From NCBI GenBank assembly GCA_041663005.1, contig JBAZRK010000002.1, positions 740 through 64,739 of the forward strand: 64,000 nt of DNA, read 5' to 3'. This stretch comes from Minisyncoccota bacterium. GTDB taxonomy: Bacteria > Patescibacteriota > Minisyncoccia > Phycocordibacterales > UBA9973. The notes beneath the pieces are model-generated. The model searched no databases. It had not been told where the DNA came from and saw only the letters and a list, made by a program, of their open reading frames with translations. A program made the translations under genes and the position numbers. Positions 10,260 to 18,850 of this stretch are shown one piece after another (the first letter of the stretch is position 1; every line of letters starts with the position of its first letter).

Positions 10260-11897
10260 TTAGTGCTGGTAGAAGCCTCGGGCCTCGGTGTCTGGTAGGA
10301 GGATTAAATTAACGCCGCGAGATTTGCAAAGCTCAATAACTTTTTCGTCGTTGACGGAGCCACTCGTCGAGAAAATTGTTTTAATTCCGCGATTTATGAG
10401 TACCTCTGGCGCATCCGGGAATGGGAAGAAGCTATCACTATAAGCTACGGCATTTTCTAAATCTGCCGGAAATTCGGACGTTGGACGTCCGAATTCTTGA
10501 CGTCCAACGTCCGAATTCTGGGAAAATCTCGCCGCATCATCGGCGCGAAGCAAGGCAAGCTTAGCTGCACCTACCCTGTCTTGCTGGCCAACGCCATTGC
10601 CATACAGTCGGCCATCTTTCACTATAGTTATAGTATTACTATTAGAAGTACTACCAACAGCCCAGGCTAAAATAACATCCTTTTCTTTTACCTCAGGCAC
10701 AAATGTATAGTTGGGTTGAACCATAAATCCTCCACGCACATATCGGAATCGCTTCGCTCCGTCGAGTGCCGACATCCCCGCTTTAGCTATCGCCCTGTTT
10801 TGTAAGAGTCTGCATTTACCTTTTTTGCGGGAAAGAATTTCTATTGCCTCAGGGGAGAATTCTGGTGCAGCAACGATGTCGAGCAAACGTCGCACACCTT
10901 CAGGCGAAAATTTATGAATTAGTTCGTCGGCAATTTTTTCATCCACAGGAAAATTAAGCATCACTGACCCGCCAAAAATTGCGCGCAGGTCCCCCTGAAG
11001 CATTCCATCGATAGCTTCTATATCGCTTGACCCCGTAGCCACACCGCAGGCGTTCCCGTGCTTGGCGCCGATGGCAACGAACGGAACTTCTCCCAGATTT
11101 TTCTCGAACCCCGCGCCGATGTGTGTCATTGTCTGCATCATTCTATCTACGTCACAAATGTTGTTGTAGCTCATCGGGCTTCCAGCCACGAGTTGCCAGT
11201 TCGCAATTGCAAGTTCGTCCACATTTTTAGTATCTAAATTTTTATACAAACTCGCTGGCTTCTGGTAGGCGTTCTCTCCGTACGCGCATTCGATATTCTT
11301 CTGCCCGAAAATTCCCTTGTACCCTTCCGCACTATGATACTCGCCGGAAATCGCGCCGTATCGCGCAATTATCATTTCCGCTTTTGCTGCTAAATTATTT
11401 AGAAATTCTTCACGATTTTCTTCACCGTCCTTGAGCCACTTTACCACCAGCGCCCGGTCCGAAACATCGCACACAGTTATGCGCCTGCCCTTGGCGCTGG
11501 CTCGGAGCATTGTGGGTCCGCCGATGTCGGTTTTCTCAATAACAGACTCGCGCGTAGCGTTCGGGTTTTTCGTTTCTTCCTCAAGCGGATACAAATCCAC
11601 GCACACAAGGTCAATCCAAGGAATTCCATATTTCTCAAGTTCGACGCGGTGCTCGGGAGTATCGAGTGCGAGCAATCCGCCGTGAATTTTCGGATTAAGA
11701 GTGAGGACTCGGTGCGAGAGAATCGGCGGCATTCCGGTAATTTCTGCGACGTCTGTCACCGGCAGGCCCGCCTCTGACAAGTGCTTCGCAGTGCCTCCGG
11801 AGGAAATTATTTTCCACCCCAGGCCCACCAACTCTTTGGCGAAATCGGCAATACCGTCTTTGTTATATACAGAAATTAATGCAGTTTTTTGGTTCAT
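10260..11897 (-). CDS. purH: Bifunctional AICAR formyltransferase / IMP cyclohydrolase PurH, carrying an in-frame repeat insertion
   Basis: N-terminal MGS-like/IMPCH domain and C-terminal AICARFT motifs (GIGAKHGNACG..., YSDSFFPFPD, C-terminal ...GFYQH). A 16-aa insert NSDVGRQEFGRPTSEF is encoded by 1.5 tandem REP copies. Confidence 0.93.
   Translation of the reverse strand: MNQKTALISVYNKDGIADFAKELVGLGWKIISSGGTAKHLSEAGLPVTDVAEITGMPPILSHRVLTLNPKIHGGLLALDTPEHRVELEKYGIPWIDLVCVDLYPLEEETKNPNATRESVIEKTDIGGPTMLRASAKGRRITVCDVSDRALVVKWLKDGEENREEFLNNLAAKAEMIIARYGAISGEYHSAEGYKGIFGQKNIECAYGENAYQKPASLYKNLDTKNVDELAIANWQLVAGSPMSYNNICDVDRMMQTMTHIGAGFEKNLGEVPFVAIGAKHGNACGVATGSSDIEAIDGMLQGDLRAIFGGSVMLNFPVDEKIADELIHKFSPEGVRRLLDIVAAPEFSPEAIEILSRKKGKCRLLQNRAIAKAGMSALDGAKRFRYVRGGFMVQPNYTFVPEVKEKDVILAWAVGSTSNSNTITIVKDGRLYGNGVGQQDRVGAAKLALLRADDAARFSQNSDVGRQEFGRPTSEFPADLENAVAYSDSFFPFPDAPEVLINRGIKTIFSTSGSVNDEKVIELCKSRGVNLILLPDTEARGFYQH
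10471..10518. repeat. REP-like palindromic repeat, 1.5 tandem copies, in frame inside purH
   Basis: AATTCGGACGTTGGACGTCCGAATTCTTGACGTCCAACGTCCGAATT. Core is 9-bp inverted arms TTCGGACGT/ACGTCCGAA. Confidence 0.85.
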
Positions 11898-11903
11898 AAT
11901 TAA

Positions 11904-11942
11904 AAATTAAAACACCTCTTAAGAGGTGTTTTAATTTTATGC
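11904..11942 (-). terminator. Intrinsic terminator AAAACACCTCTTAAGAGGTGTTTT downstream of rplL
   Basis: Perfect hairpin with T-runs on both strands. Confidence 0.6.
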
Positions 11943-11966
11943 TTTTTAGCTTACAAAAGCAATTTG

Positions 11967-12335
11967 TTATTTTAGCTCTATCTTACCACCAGCATCTTCG
12001 ATTTTCTTTTTCATCTCTTCAGCTTCTGCCTTCTTCATTCCCTCTTTTAGGGTGCTAGGAGCGGCGTCAACTAAATCTTTAGCTTCTTTCAAGCCCAAAC
12101 CGAGAGCTTCCTTCACAACTTTCATCACCGCGATTTTCTGTTCGCCGGCTGAAGCGAGGACAACGGTGAACGCATCCTTCTCTTCTGCTGCTTCGGCACC
12201 TGCTGCGCCACCTGCTGGAGCGGCAGCTACGGCTGCTGCAGAAACTCCGAACTTTTCTTCAATAGCCTTCACAACTTCATTCAATTCAAGAGTTGTAGCT
12301 TTGTCTAACCATTCCAATAATGTATCTTTGTTCAT
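11967..12335 (-). CDS. rplL: 50S ribosomal protein L7/L12
   Basis: Ala-rich hinge, then C-terminal ...[22 protein letters not shown]...KIELK. Confidence 0.95.
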   Translation of the reverse strand: MNKDTLLEWLDKATTLELNEVVKAIEEKFGVSAAAVAAAPAGGAAGAEAAEEKDAFTVVLASAGEQKIAVMKVVKEALGLGLKEAKDLVDAAPSTLKEGMKKAEAEEMKKKIEDAGGKIELK

Positions 12336-12385
12336 AATTTTATCTTTTAATAATTAATAAATTTACCTGAAGCGAGCCTGTCGAA

Positions 12386-12865
12386 CTATTTCTTCTTCGA
12401 CACTTCGCTCAAAGCCAAAGCAAAACGTTGCATTGGGCTCTTCATCAAGAACGCCAACTTCGAAAGCAATACTTCCTTCGAAGGGATGGTTGCAATCTCA
12501 GTCATATACACTGCATCCACAAATTTTCCATTGAAAATTCCTCCAAGGATATTGAGCAATCCTTTGTTGGTTTTCTGAAAATTGTAAACTTCTCGTGGAG
12601 ATGATGTAGCGTCCTTAGAATACGCGATAGCTACCTCGCCACCAAGTTCTGGCAGTTCTCCTTCCGCCTTGCCTTCAAGGGCACGCTTCAAGAGAGTCTT
12701 TCGAGAAACTCGGTAGTTCACTCCTTTTTCTCGGAGCGCTGTTCGAAGTTTCGTTTCGTCGGCTACTTTAAGACCATGGAAATTAACAAAGACCAAAGAT
12801 TCGGAGTTTTTAATTGCTCCTTCCAAGTCCTTTATCATTTCCGCTTTTCGTGATTTTTGTAACAT
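12386..12865 (-). CDS. rplJ: 50S ribosomal protein L10
   Basis: Lies directly upstream of rplL. Typical L10 N-terminal region (KAEMIKDLEGAIKNSESLVFVNFHGLKVADETKLR). Confidence 0.88.
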   Translation of the reverse strand: MLQKSRKAEMIKDLEGAIKNSESLVFVNFHGLKVADETKLRTALREKGVNYRVSRKTLLKRALEGKAEGELPELGGEVAIAYSKDATSSPREVYNFQKTNKGLLNILGGIFNGKFVDAVYMTEIATIPSKEVLLSKLAFLMKSPMQRFALALSEVSKKK

Positions 12866-12890
12866 GTTTTGCGTCGAGTACTTTTCAAAT

Positions 12891-12973
12891 AACTTTTCGC
12901 AGGGGTTTCGAGACTGTCGAGTCGAGAATTTCAGGATTTTTTAAGCTTCAAAAAATCCGTACCGAAGAAAAGT
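12891..12973. repeat. ~85-nt hairpin-rich repeat, copy 1 (inverted relative to copy 2)
   Basis: Contains GGATTTTTTAAGCTTCAAAAAATCC and AGGGGTTTCGAG...CGAGAA. About 85% identical to the reverse complement of 29200..29298. Confidence 0.6.
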
Positions 12974-13154
12974 TTATGTTGGAAAGTAACCTAATAATAA
13001 AAAAACGGCTTTAGCCGTCAGAAAATCGACCCACTAAATAGGATTTACAAGCCTTTTCTCTGGCCTACCTATCTTCTCTGCGGTTTACCCGAACACTTAT
13101 ATTTAAGTGTGGGAGTGTCTTCAATATATCACTTATTTAGATTTTTGCAACCCT

Positions 13155-13306
13155 ACTCCCCGACCTCAACAGTCGCTTCTGCGGTCGGAGTTTCTGTCCC
13201 TGCCCGGGTACCTTCATCCTTGCCATACATATTAACCAAATATATGCCCACCATCCCGAGCGCAATCATCGCGGTGAACGTCGCTAAAATTTTTACGAAA
13301 TGTTTC
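13155..13306 (-). CDS. Possible small membrane/secreted peptide, ~50 aa (below the ORF-track cutoff)
   Basis: My own translation of the minus strand: MKHFVKILATFTAMIALGMVGIYLVNMYGKDEGTRAGTETPTAEATVEVGE. One TM segment. Speculative. Confidence 0.2.
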
Positions 13307-13337
13307 ATAATTGTGCCTTTAGTATAGCAAATTTATC

Positions 13338-13705
13338 CTAAATCCTAACAGTTGACTGTTCCCTGAAATAGTTGTACCTTAAGGTCGGAGGTACCGCATA
13401 ATGCGGACAAAAAGCAAAGTAGTCCCGAGTTCGAGCTCTCACGAGAAAAGAGTTCTCCTTCGCAAGGGGGAGAAAACCGATGCGCGCCACGAGCGGCGTG
13501 CAGGGGCGATCGAGAACCGCGACGCCGCCGAGTGGGAAAACCACCTCGAGCGCGAACGGCGAAAGCTCTACGCGAGCTGACGCCAAGCTGGGCGGGACGC
13601 AAGTCCCGCCTGGCCACAACTTAACATCCACGAATCTCCACTTAGCGAGGTTCGTCACGCCTCGCATAGAAAACGCGAGGCGTTTTCTTTTTCTCTTCTC
13701 CTCTT
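13338..13705 (+). ncRNA. GC-rich noncoding island, candidate structured RNA of unknown class
   Basis: About 62% GC against the ~42% background. No protein-like ORF. Promoter-like TTGACT at 13351. GNRA-capped hairpin GGGCGGGAC-GCAA-GTCCCGCC. Terminal hairpin AAAACGCGAGGCGTTTT plus T-run at 13669..13694. Confidence 0.3.
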
Positions 13706-13790
13706 TTCTTCCGCTTATTCTCAAATTCCTTAACCTATCATATATAATATATTAAGAAAAAACTCAGTGCTAAACTTATGAATTAAATGT

Positions 13791-14177
13791 TTACTTGTGA
13801 CTTTTTCGGCTCTTGAAAAATTGAACAGAAAAGAAGATGATAGAAAATATTGACGACAGTATCAGGGCAGACTGTCCACTACTTAGACACATTACCAAGG
13901 AGCATTCTGAACTAATACCTAAAGAAACTAAAAATATCACTATCGAAGCAATAGAAAGCGAAGTCAGGTAAAATTTAAAATAAACGTTTTTTAAAAACAG
14001 AAAAAATAAGGATAAAACAGTAATAGGAATTAGTAAGCCAATCGCTGGATTCGTAAATCTAGTAGATAGCTGGAAAATACAATTATCGTCTAGTTGGCTA
14101 CATAAAAAATTGGGTAGAAAATTTAGAAAGACAACACAGATAAGTAGTGCTATAAATAAAATGGTTTTTTCTTTCAT
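13791..14177 (-). CDS. Small polytopic membrane protein
   Basis: 128 aa with three or four hydrophobic segments. Start abuts the stop of the upstream large gene. Confidence 0.5.
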   Translation of the reverse strand: MKEKTILFIALLICVVFLNFLPNFLCSQLDDNCIFQLSTRFTNPAIGLLIPITVLSLFFLFLKNVYFKFYLTSLSIASIVIFLVSLGISSECSLVMCLSSGQSALILSSIFSIIFFSVQFFKSRKSHK

Positions 14178-14178
14178 C

Positions 14179-17100
14179 TTAATTCAAATTATCTAATAAT
14201 TTATTAAACATATCAAGCAAGAGCTGGGCGTCGGTTTTAGAAATTTGTTTAGGTCTAGGTTTTTTGGAATCTGGTTTTGAAATTATCTTCTCCATCTTTA
14301 CCCTGAATTTTTCTGCCTTAAGTTTAGCTTTGTCGATTTTCCCTTGCGCTATCTTTTTGAGAATACTATCAATTTTGTTGTTGAATGCTTTGATTTTAGC
14401 GGGTGGTAGTTCTAAAGAATTGATAGTCGCCTTTACAATCTGCAGGTATAAAACAGGGTCGAACTGTTGTTTTGGTAAAATAGTAAAATCAGTTACGCCG
14501 TCACCGGTAACGTCAAGCTTTAGTTCAGGTACTTTCGTAGTATTATTTAGAGTAATTTCGGCCTGAGTTTGAGTTGTAACTGGTATGTCTAGAAAATAAG
14601 AAGTTGTACTAGTCTCGTTCGGCATAACTTGTTCTGATTCATAAGTGAAAGTTCCTACTCCTGTCCCCAAGAGTTTTACTTTATTAAATTCTTCTTCCGG
14701 CAAACTTATATATTTACCTTCGCCGAATTCCATATACGAACTGTTAACTATGTTTTCCTCGACATAACAAAAGTCGCTGTCTGCGGAACACACTTTACCA
14801 GTATGGTTACCCTCTGCATCATAAGCATCTAAGGTTATGGGGGAATGTATCGATAAACGAATTAAGTTAGAGGTATCAACTGGTTTTGAGTCTTTCAATA
14901 TATCATCTGTAACTATGCCCTCATTTTTTATTACAGATTTAAGCAGATTATTTAATTTATCAATTTCCAATATATTCTTATGTTCGTTTCTTGTATCGAA
15001 ATCCTTGTTTAGCTTTAAAAGATTCACCCAATATTTCTCCGCATTTTCATCAGTACTCATATAAAGCGCGCTGGGTTCAACTACTGTGCCATCGCCATCT
15101 TTGGTAAATCTTGGCCTTTGGTCCATAGTAAATGCGCAAACAAGCCCAGCACACGAAGATTGAGGATAATATTCAAAGCTCGCAATAGTATCGAGCCCCC
15201 AGCCCGCGACTTCGATGATGCGCAATGTTTCCGGTGGAACCCAAGCATCTATATCATTATGCAAATTCTCGGACTGAGCAAACAAATTTTCCGATAAAAC
15301 TATTGGTAGGTTAATTTGGTTAGCTGCCGGGTTTACTCTCCCCTCTTTGCCGAAAAGAAAATCTTTATACTCTTCGTAGGAGCTAATGGCGCTACCAAAT
15401 TTTTGAACCATCTTCGTGGTAACGTTTGATGGGATAGCGGTGTCGACAAAGGTGGCTGGTGAAGCGTTGAGCCTGTTTATATATTCTCGACTCGGCAGAA
15501 GGCTGAAGGCACTTCTCATATTTCGCCCGAGCTCTCGGGCATGCATTTCGTTCATCGACAATCCACCCAGTATGCGCTGATCGTAGCCGTGAAGCACAGC
15601 GGGCACGGCGCTCGCCGTACCTATCTGCGGAGACGCAACCAAGATTAACACATCGACACTGTCAATGAGGTTGTTTAGGCCCGCTTCTTTGTCCGCCTGT
15701 AATTTTTTTAGAAGTGCCTTGGCTAAAAGTCCGCCGTTGCTATGCGCGACGATTGTCACCTTTCCACTCCTAGAAGACTCAGCCAGTGATTGCAGAGTGT
15801 CCACAAGAGACTTATTTCCGTCTTCATATTGAGTCCCCTCATTTACGATTTCATCCACAGGTTGCCGCCAATCATATGCAAACAACAAATATTTTGTAAT
15901 TGTAATATCATCTACCAGGTTTCTCAGCATATCTACAAAACTTTTATAAATATTTTGTACCCCCAGACCTTTTTGTATTACATCACGGGTATAAACACCT
16001 GAATTTTTACTACTTCCATCGGAGTTTAGATATAATTTTTCTACATCTAAATTACGATTTGGTTCCCAAAGCTGATTTTCATTACCCCCGTCTGACAGGT
16101 ACAATCGACTCGCCTCAATCCCCGGTAAAAACAACACACTGGAACAACAAGAAACTGGTGGATAACTCTCAAGCCACGGCGTAAAAGAAACATTTCCGTA
16201 AATCGCTTCTCCTGCGCCCTCGGGGTTAAGCTCTTCGTGGTACGGCCCAGAGGCATCGCCCCACCAGTTCCCCCGAGCATCTACTTGGCTCGAGGGATAA
16301 TTTTCAACCGCAAAGACTAAAATTTCTGTAAAACTGCTTTCGGAAACAGCAACCTCTCCACCATAAACACTGACCCCGTAATTCGTATTTTCTATCTCCA
16401 CCTGCTTCAGATTCGCGCTCCCGCCATAAGCAGCAAAATCGCCCGAAGGGAATCCGGACAGAAGTGAATTCTCCAAACTAAGCGTCCCGCCATAAACTTC
16501 CACACCAGCATCAGAACCATTTTCAAACACCGCATCTGTGATAATGGCATCCCCGTCATAAATTCCTAGCGCTGAGCCGAAGCCAATATTGCCGACATCA
16601 ATGCCTGTAGCCTGAAGCAACCCGCCATACAGACCCAGGGCATCGCGAGAAATATTGCTCAAGATTACATTCTCCAGAACCAACTCCCCAAAGTATGCGG
16701 AGGCGCCTTCTTCCAAATTTTCAAAAGTCCCGCCAGTAATTTTGATATAGCTGTCACTATAGGCAGCTACCCCGTAGCCACCATCACTGATATTCAAATT
16801 TAGAAAACTGATGCTACTCTCTCCTGACGCTTGGATAGAACCGTTCGCATATTTTATAAAAATATTTTCTAGAGAGGATTCTGATCCTTCAAAATAAATC
16901 CCATCCCAATCCCCCACAAGCGGATCGCCCCAGTCAAAACTTTCGCATGTTTCCGGCAAGTCATTGCCCTCGTCATCAAAATCGCAAAAAGTTTCATTGT
17001 CCGTATCCATCACTTCGTCGTCATAAAAAGAAGTGAAATAAATAGGCTCGCTCTCGCTACCTTCGGCTTCAATCCTCCCCTCTGTAAAGATTTTTGCTCC

Positions 17101-17337
17101 CAAGTCAAACTTTACGACAACCCCAGGCTCAATGGTTAGAGTCACCTCTGGTGGAATATAAATGGCTGACCTAACTACATACGGACTTTCGGCTTTAGTC
17201 CAAATAGTGTTCTCTGAAATGTTTTCGGTAATTTCCGTAAATGGCTCCGCCGCCTGAGCAGACAAAACAATAAAGCCGCTTCCGAAAATTGCGACAAAAA
17301 TTATTGCTATGCATCTAAGCCACCCTGGCCAACGCAT
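14179..17337 (-). CDS. Secreted multidomain protein: parallel beta-helix repeats plus lipase-type alpha/beta hydrolase (GHSxG-like AHSNGG)
   Basis: Signal peptide. Gly/Ser-rich beta-helix repeats (GG..E.....S.Y.G...L.N). VTIVAHSNGGLLAKALL resembles the class-2 lipase nucleophile elbow. K-rich C-terminal coiled tail. 1052 aa. Confidence 0.75.
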   Translation of the reverse strand: MRWPGWLRCIAIIFVAIFGSGFIVLSAQAAEPFTEITENISENTIWTKAESPYVVRSAIYIPPEVTLTIEPGVVVKFDLGAKIFTEGRIEAEGSESEPIYFTSFYDDEVMDTDNETFCDFDDEGNDLPETCESFDWGDPLVGDWDGIYFEGSESSLENIFIKYANGSIQASGESSISFLNLNISDGGYGVAAYSDSYIKITGGTFENLEEGASAYFGELVLENVILSNISRDALGLYGGLLQATGIDVGNIGFGSALGIYDGDAIITDAVFENGSDAGVEVYGGTLSLENSLLSGFPSGDFAAYGGSANLKQVEIENTNYGVSVYGGEVAVSESSFTEILVFAVENYPSSQVDARGNWWGDASGPYHEELNPEGAGEAIYGNVSFTPWLESYPPVSCCSSVLFLPGIEASRLYLSDGGNENQLWEPNRNLDVEKLYLNSDGSSKNSGVYTRDVIQKGLGVQNIYKSFVDMLRNLVDDITITKYLLFAYDWRQPVDEIVNEGTQYEDGNKSLVDTLQSLAESSRSGKVTIVAHSNGGLLAKALLKKLQADKEAGLNNLIDSVDVLILVASPQIGTASAVPAVLHGYDQRILGGLSMNEMHARELGRNMRSAFSLLPSREYINRLNASPATFVDTAIPSNVTTKMVQKFGSAISSYEEYKDFLFGKEGRVNPAANQINLPIVLSENLFAQSENLHNDIDAWVPPETLRIIEVAGWGLDTIASFEYYPQSSCAGLVCAFTMDQRPRFTKDGDGTVVEPSALYMSTDENAEKYWVNLLKLNKDFDTRNEHKNILEIDKLNNLLKSVIKNEGIVTDDILKDSKPVDTSNLIRLSIHSPITLDAYDAEGNHTGKVCSADSDFCYVEENIVNSSYMEFGEGKYISLPEEEFNKVKLLGTGVGTFTYESEQVMPNETSTTSYFLDIPVTTQTQAEITLNNTTKVPELKLDVTGDGVTDFTILPKQQFDPVLYLQIVKATINSLELPPAKIKAFNNKIDSILKKIAQGKIDKAKLKAEKFRVKMEKIISKPDSKKPRPKQISKTDAQLLLDMFNKLLDNLN

Positions 17338-17402
17338 AATTAATTATTGCATCCAGGCGCTAGTAAATAAAGTCTTGTATCCTCGAACCTGTGGAAAACT
17401 CA

Positions 17403-18101
17403 TCATTCGGACGTTGGACGTCCGAATGTGGGCGATGGGTCATCCTCGATATTTTCAAGGCCCCTCTCTGCGCGAACAAACGAAACAACGTTTAAACATT
17501 CTTTTTTATAATTTTCATTGCCTCCATAAAACTCGAGGACCTCTCCTGCTTCTTTCTCGCTAACTAGTATGAAATTTTTAGTATCGTATTCTTTTTCGCT
17601 AGACAAGACCAGGTGCATTCTTTCCTTTGGTATATTGTGAACCATATAATTAACATGCACGTAAGGACGAATTTTTAAAAAATAGGGCTCGTCGTCTATT
17701 AACTGTGATTTAAATCGCCCCTGGAACAAAGCACCGGTCCTGCTGTGTACCAGATTGAAGTATTTTGTATAACCTCCGAGCAAACGTTTGAAAAACTCGG
17801 AGATTCCGCCATCCACCTCCTGCTTTAAAATAAAATGAAAGTGGTTGGGGTTAAAGCAGTATGCAACAATAGACACCAGCGGATTCGGACGTCCAACGTC
17901 CGAATCCGCTGGTTTTTTGTGTTTTTTATCTTTAATGCTCCCTATCGGCACAACTGAGTTGAACTCTTTTGCGCTTAGGGCAAAACGGTCTAAGTCTTTC
18001 TTGCTGGAAAAAATATCCCGCTTATCCACACCCCTGTTGTAGATATGATAATACTCCCTGGTTACGAGAGGGTCTTTCCTCATATCTATATTATAAAGCA
18101 A
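17403..18101 (-). CDS. IS200-like HuH Y1 transposase, probable REP-associated tyrosine transposase (RAYT)
   Basis: YYHIYNRGVDKRDIF (COG1943/RayT-type N-terminus), HuH motif HFHFIL, GALFQGRF, and a C-terminal Tyr-bearing segment RPYVHVNYMVHNIPKE. Flanked by inverted REP copies. One REP is in frame internally (ADSDVGRPNP) and another forms the C-terminus and stop (FGRPTSE*). Confidence 0.7.
   Translation of the reverse strand: MLYNIDMRKDPLVTREYYHIYNRGVDKRDIFSSKKDLDRFALSAKEFNSVVPIGSIKDKKHKKPADSDVGRPNPLVSIVAYCFNPNHFHFILKQEVDGGISEFFKRLLGGYTKYFNLVHSRTGALFQGRFKSQLIDDEPYFLKIRPYVHVNYMVHNIPKERMHLVLSSEKEYDTKNFILVSEKEAGEVLEFYGGNENYKKECLNVVSFVRAERGLENIEDDPSPTFGRPTSE
17405..17427. repeat. REP copy (loop TTGGA) at the 3' end of the RAYT gene
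   Basis: ATTCGGACGTTGGACGTCCGAAT. Confidence 0.85.
17881..17907. repeat. REP copy inside the RAYT coding sequence
   Basis: GGATTCGGACGTCCAACGTCCGAATCC, a 27-nt perfect palindrome. Confidence 0.85.
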
Positions 18102-18119
18102 TTCGGACGTCCAACGTCC

Positions 18120-18144
18120 GAATTAAGCAACTTGGGTGTGGAAA
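18120..18144. repeat. REP copy immediately upstream of the RAYT start
   Basis: AATTCGGACGTCCAACGTCCGAATT. Confidence 0.85.
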
Positions 18145-18166
18145 ACTCCCCATTCGGACGTTGGAC

Positions 18167-18196
18167 GTCCGAATGTTAGCGGGAGCGACGAGAGTC
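18167..18196. repeat. REP copy (extended CCCCATTCGG...CCGAATG)
   Basis: Opposite loop orientation (TTGGA). Overlaps the 3' end of CDS 18176..18517. Confidence 0.85.
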
Positions 18197-18517
18197 GCGG
18201 CTGCGATGAGAACTTCGGGGTTGATAATCGTAATAGTTATAACTATCGTAACGGAAGTATTCGAAGCTACTGTCTTCCCAGACGTAAGGATTGTAGCCAG
18301 TGACGCGAGCTACAGGATAACGGTCGTAATTGTTACGACCATAATAGTCATAAGAATACCCAGTAACGTAAGCGTCGTTCCTGTAATAATTATTTCTACT
18401 ATAAGTATAGTAACTGTCCTCATAGTATGCCACGGCAGAGCTCGCCCCAGTTGCCACAAGCAATAACATAATAAGCACTAGTGTAAAAATTTTCCTCATA
18501 GTATATCTGCCTTGCAA
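18176..18517 (-). CDS. Small secreted Tyr/Asn/Arg-rich low-complexity protein
   Basis: Signal peptide MRKIFTLVLIMLLLVATGASSAVA, then YY..Y..NNYYRN... low complexity. Flanked by REPs. Confidence 0.4.
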   Translation of the reverse strand: MQGRYTMRKIFTLVLIMLLLVATGASSAVAYYEDSYYTYSRNNYYRNDAYVTGYSYDYYGRNNYDRYPVARVTGYNPYVWEDSSFEYFRYDSYNYYDYQPRSSHRSRDSRRSR

Positions 18518-18554
18518 GTCTAGAAAAAATTACAAAGTCGGTTTAGAAAATGCT

Positions 18555-18579
18555 CATTCGGACGTCCAACGTCCGAATG
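18555..18579. repeat. REP copy
   Basis: CATTCGGACGTCCAACGTCCGAATG. Confidence 0.85.
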
Positions 18580-18583
18580 GGAA

Positions 18584-18778
18584 CTACGGGCGGTAGCCGT
18601 TTAGGAGGAGGATGACGAGGAGAATAACGAGAAAAAGGAGGGTCATATCGAACCAGTCGATCATAATCCCGTGCTTGGCCAGATGCTTCTTGAGCAACTT
18701 GTAGCCTTCGTTTATGACGAGGCCGGGAAAAATTATGATGGCAAACCATATTTTCATTACTATCTCCCACATATCCAC
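18584..18778 (-). CDS. Small two-TM membrane protein
   Basis: 64 aa with two hydrophobic helices. Sits between two REPs. Confidence 0.35.
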   Translation of the reverse strand: MDMWEIVMKIWFAIIIFPGLVINEGYKLLKKHLAKHGIMIDWFDMTLLFLVILLVILLLNGYRP

Positions 18779-18850
18779 ATTGTAGGGCTAAAGAGTTAAA
18801 AAAGCAAAACACAATCACCCAAACTCCCCTTCCATAAATAGCAACCTGGG

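Noticed and set aside
13109-13327. ORF 13109..13327 (+), 72 aa
   Set aside because: Low-complexity translation. The opposite strand gives a more plausible, though still speculative, ~50-aa TM peptide.
13338-13705. RNase P RNA, tmRNA, SRP RNA or 6S RNA identity for the GC-rich island
   Set aside because: I could not find the diagnostic strings by eye on either strand (AAAGUCCGGGC / ACAGAACCCGGCUUA for RNase P; GGUUCGA..CCACCA and a tag ORF for tmRNA; GGAAG..AGCAG for SRP). So it is reported only as an unclassified candidate.
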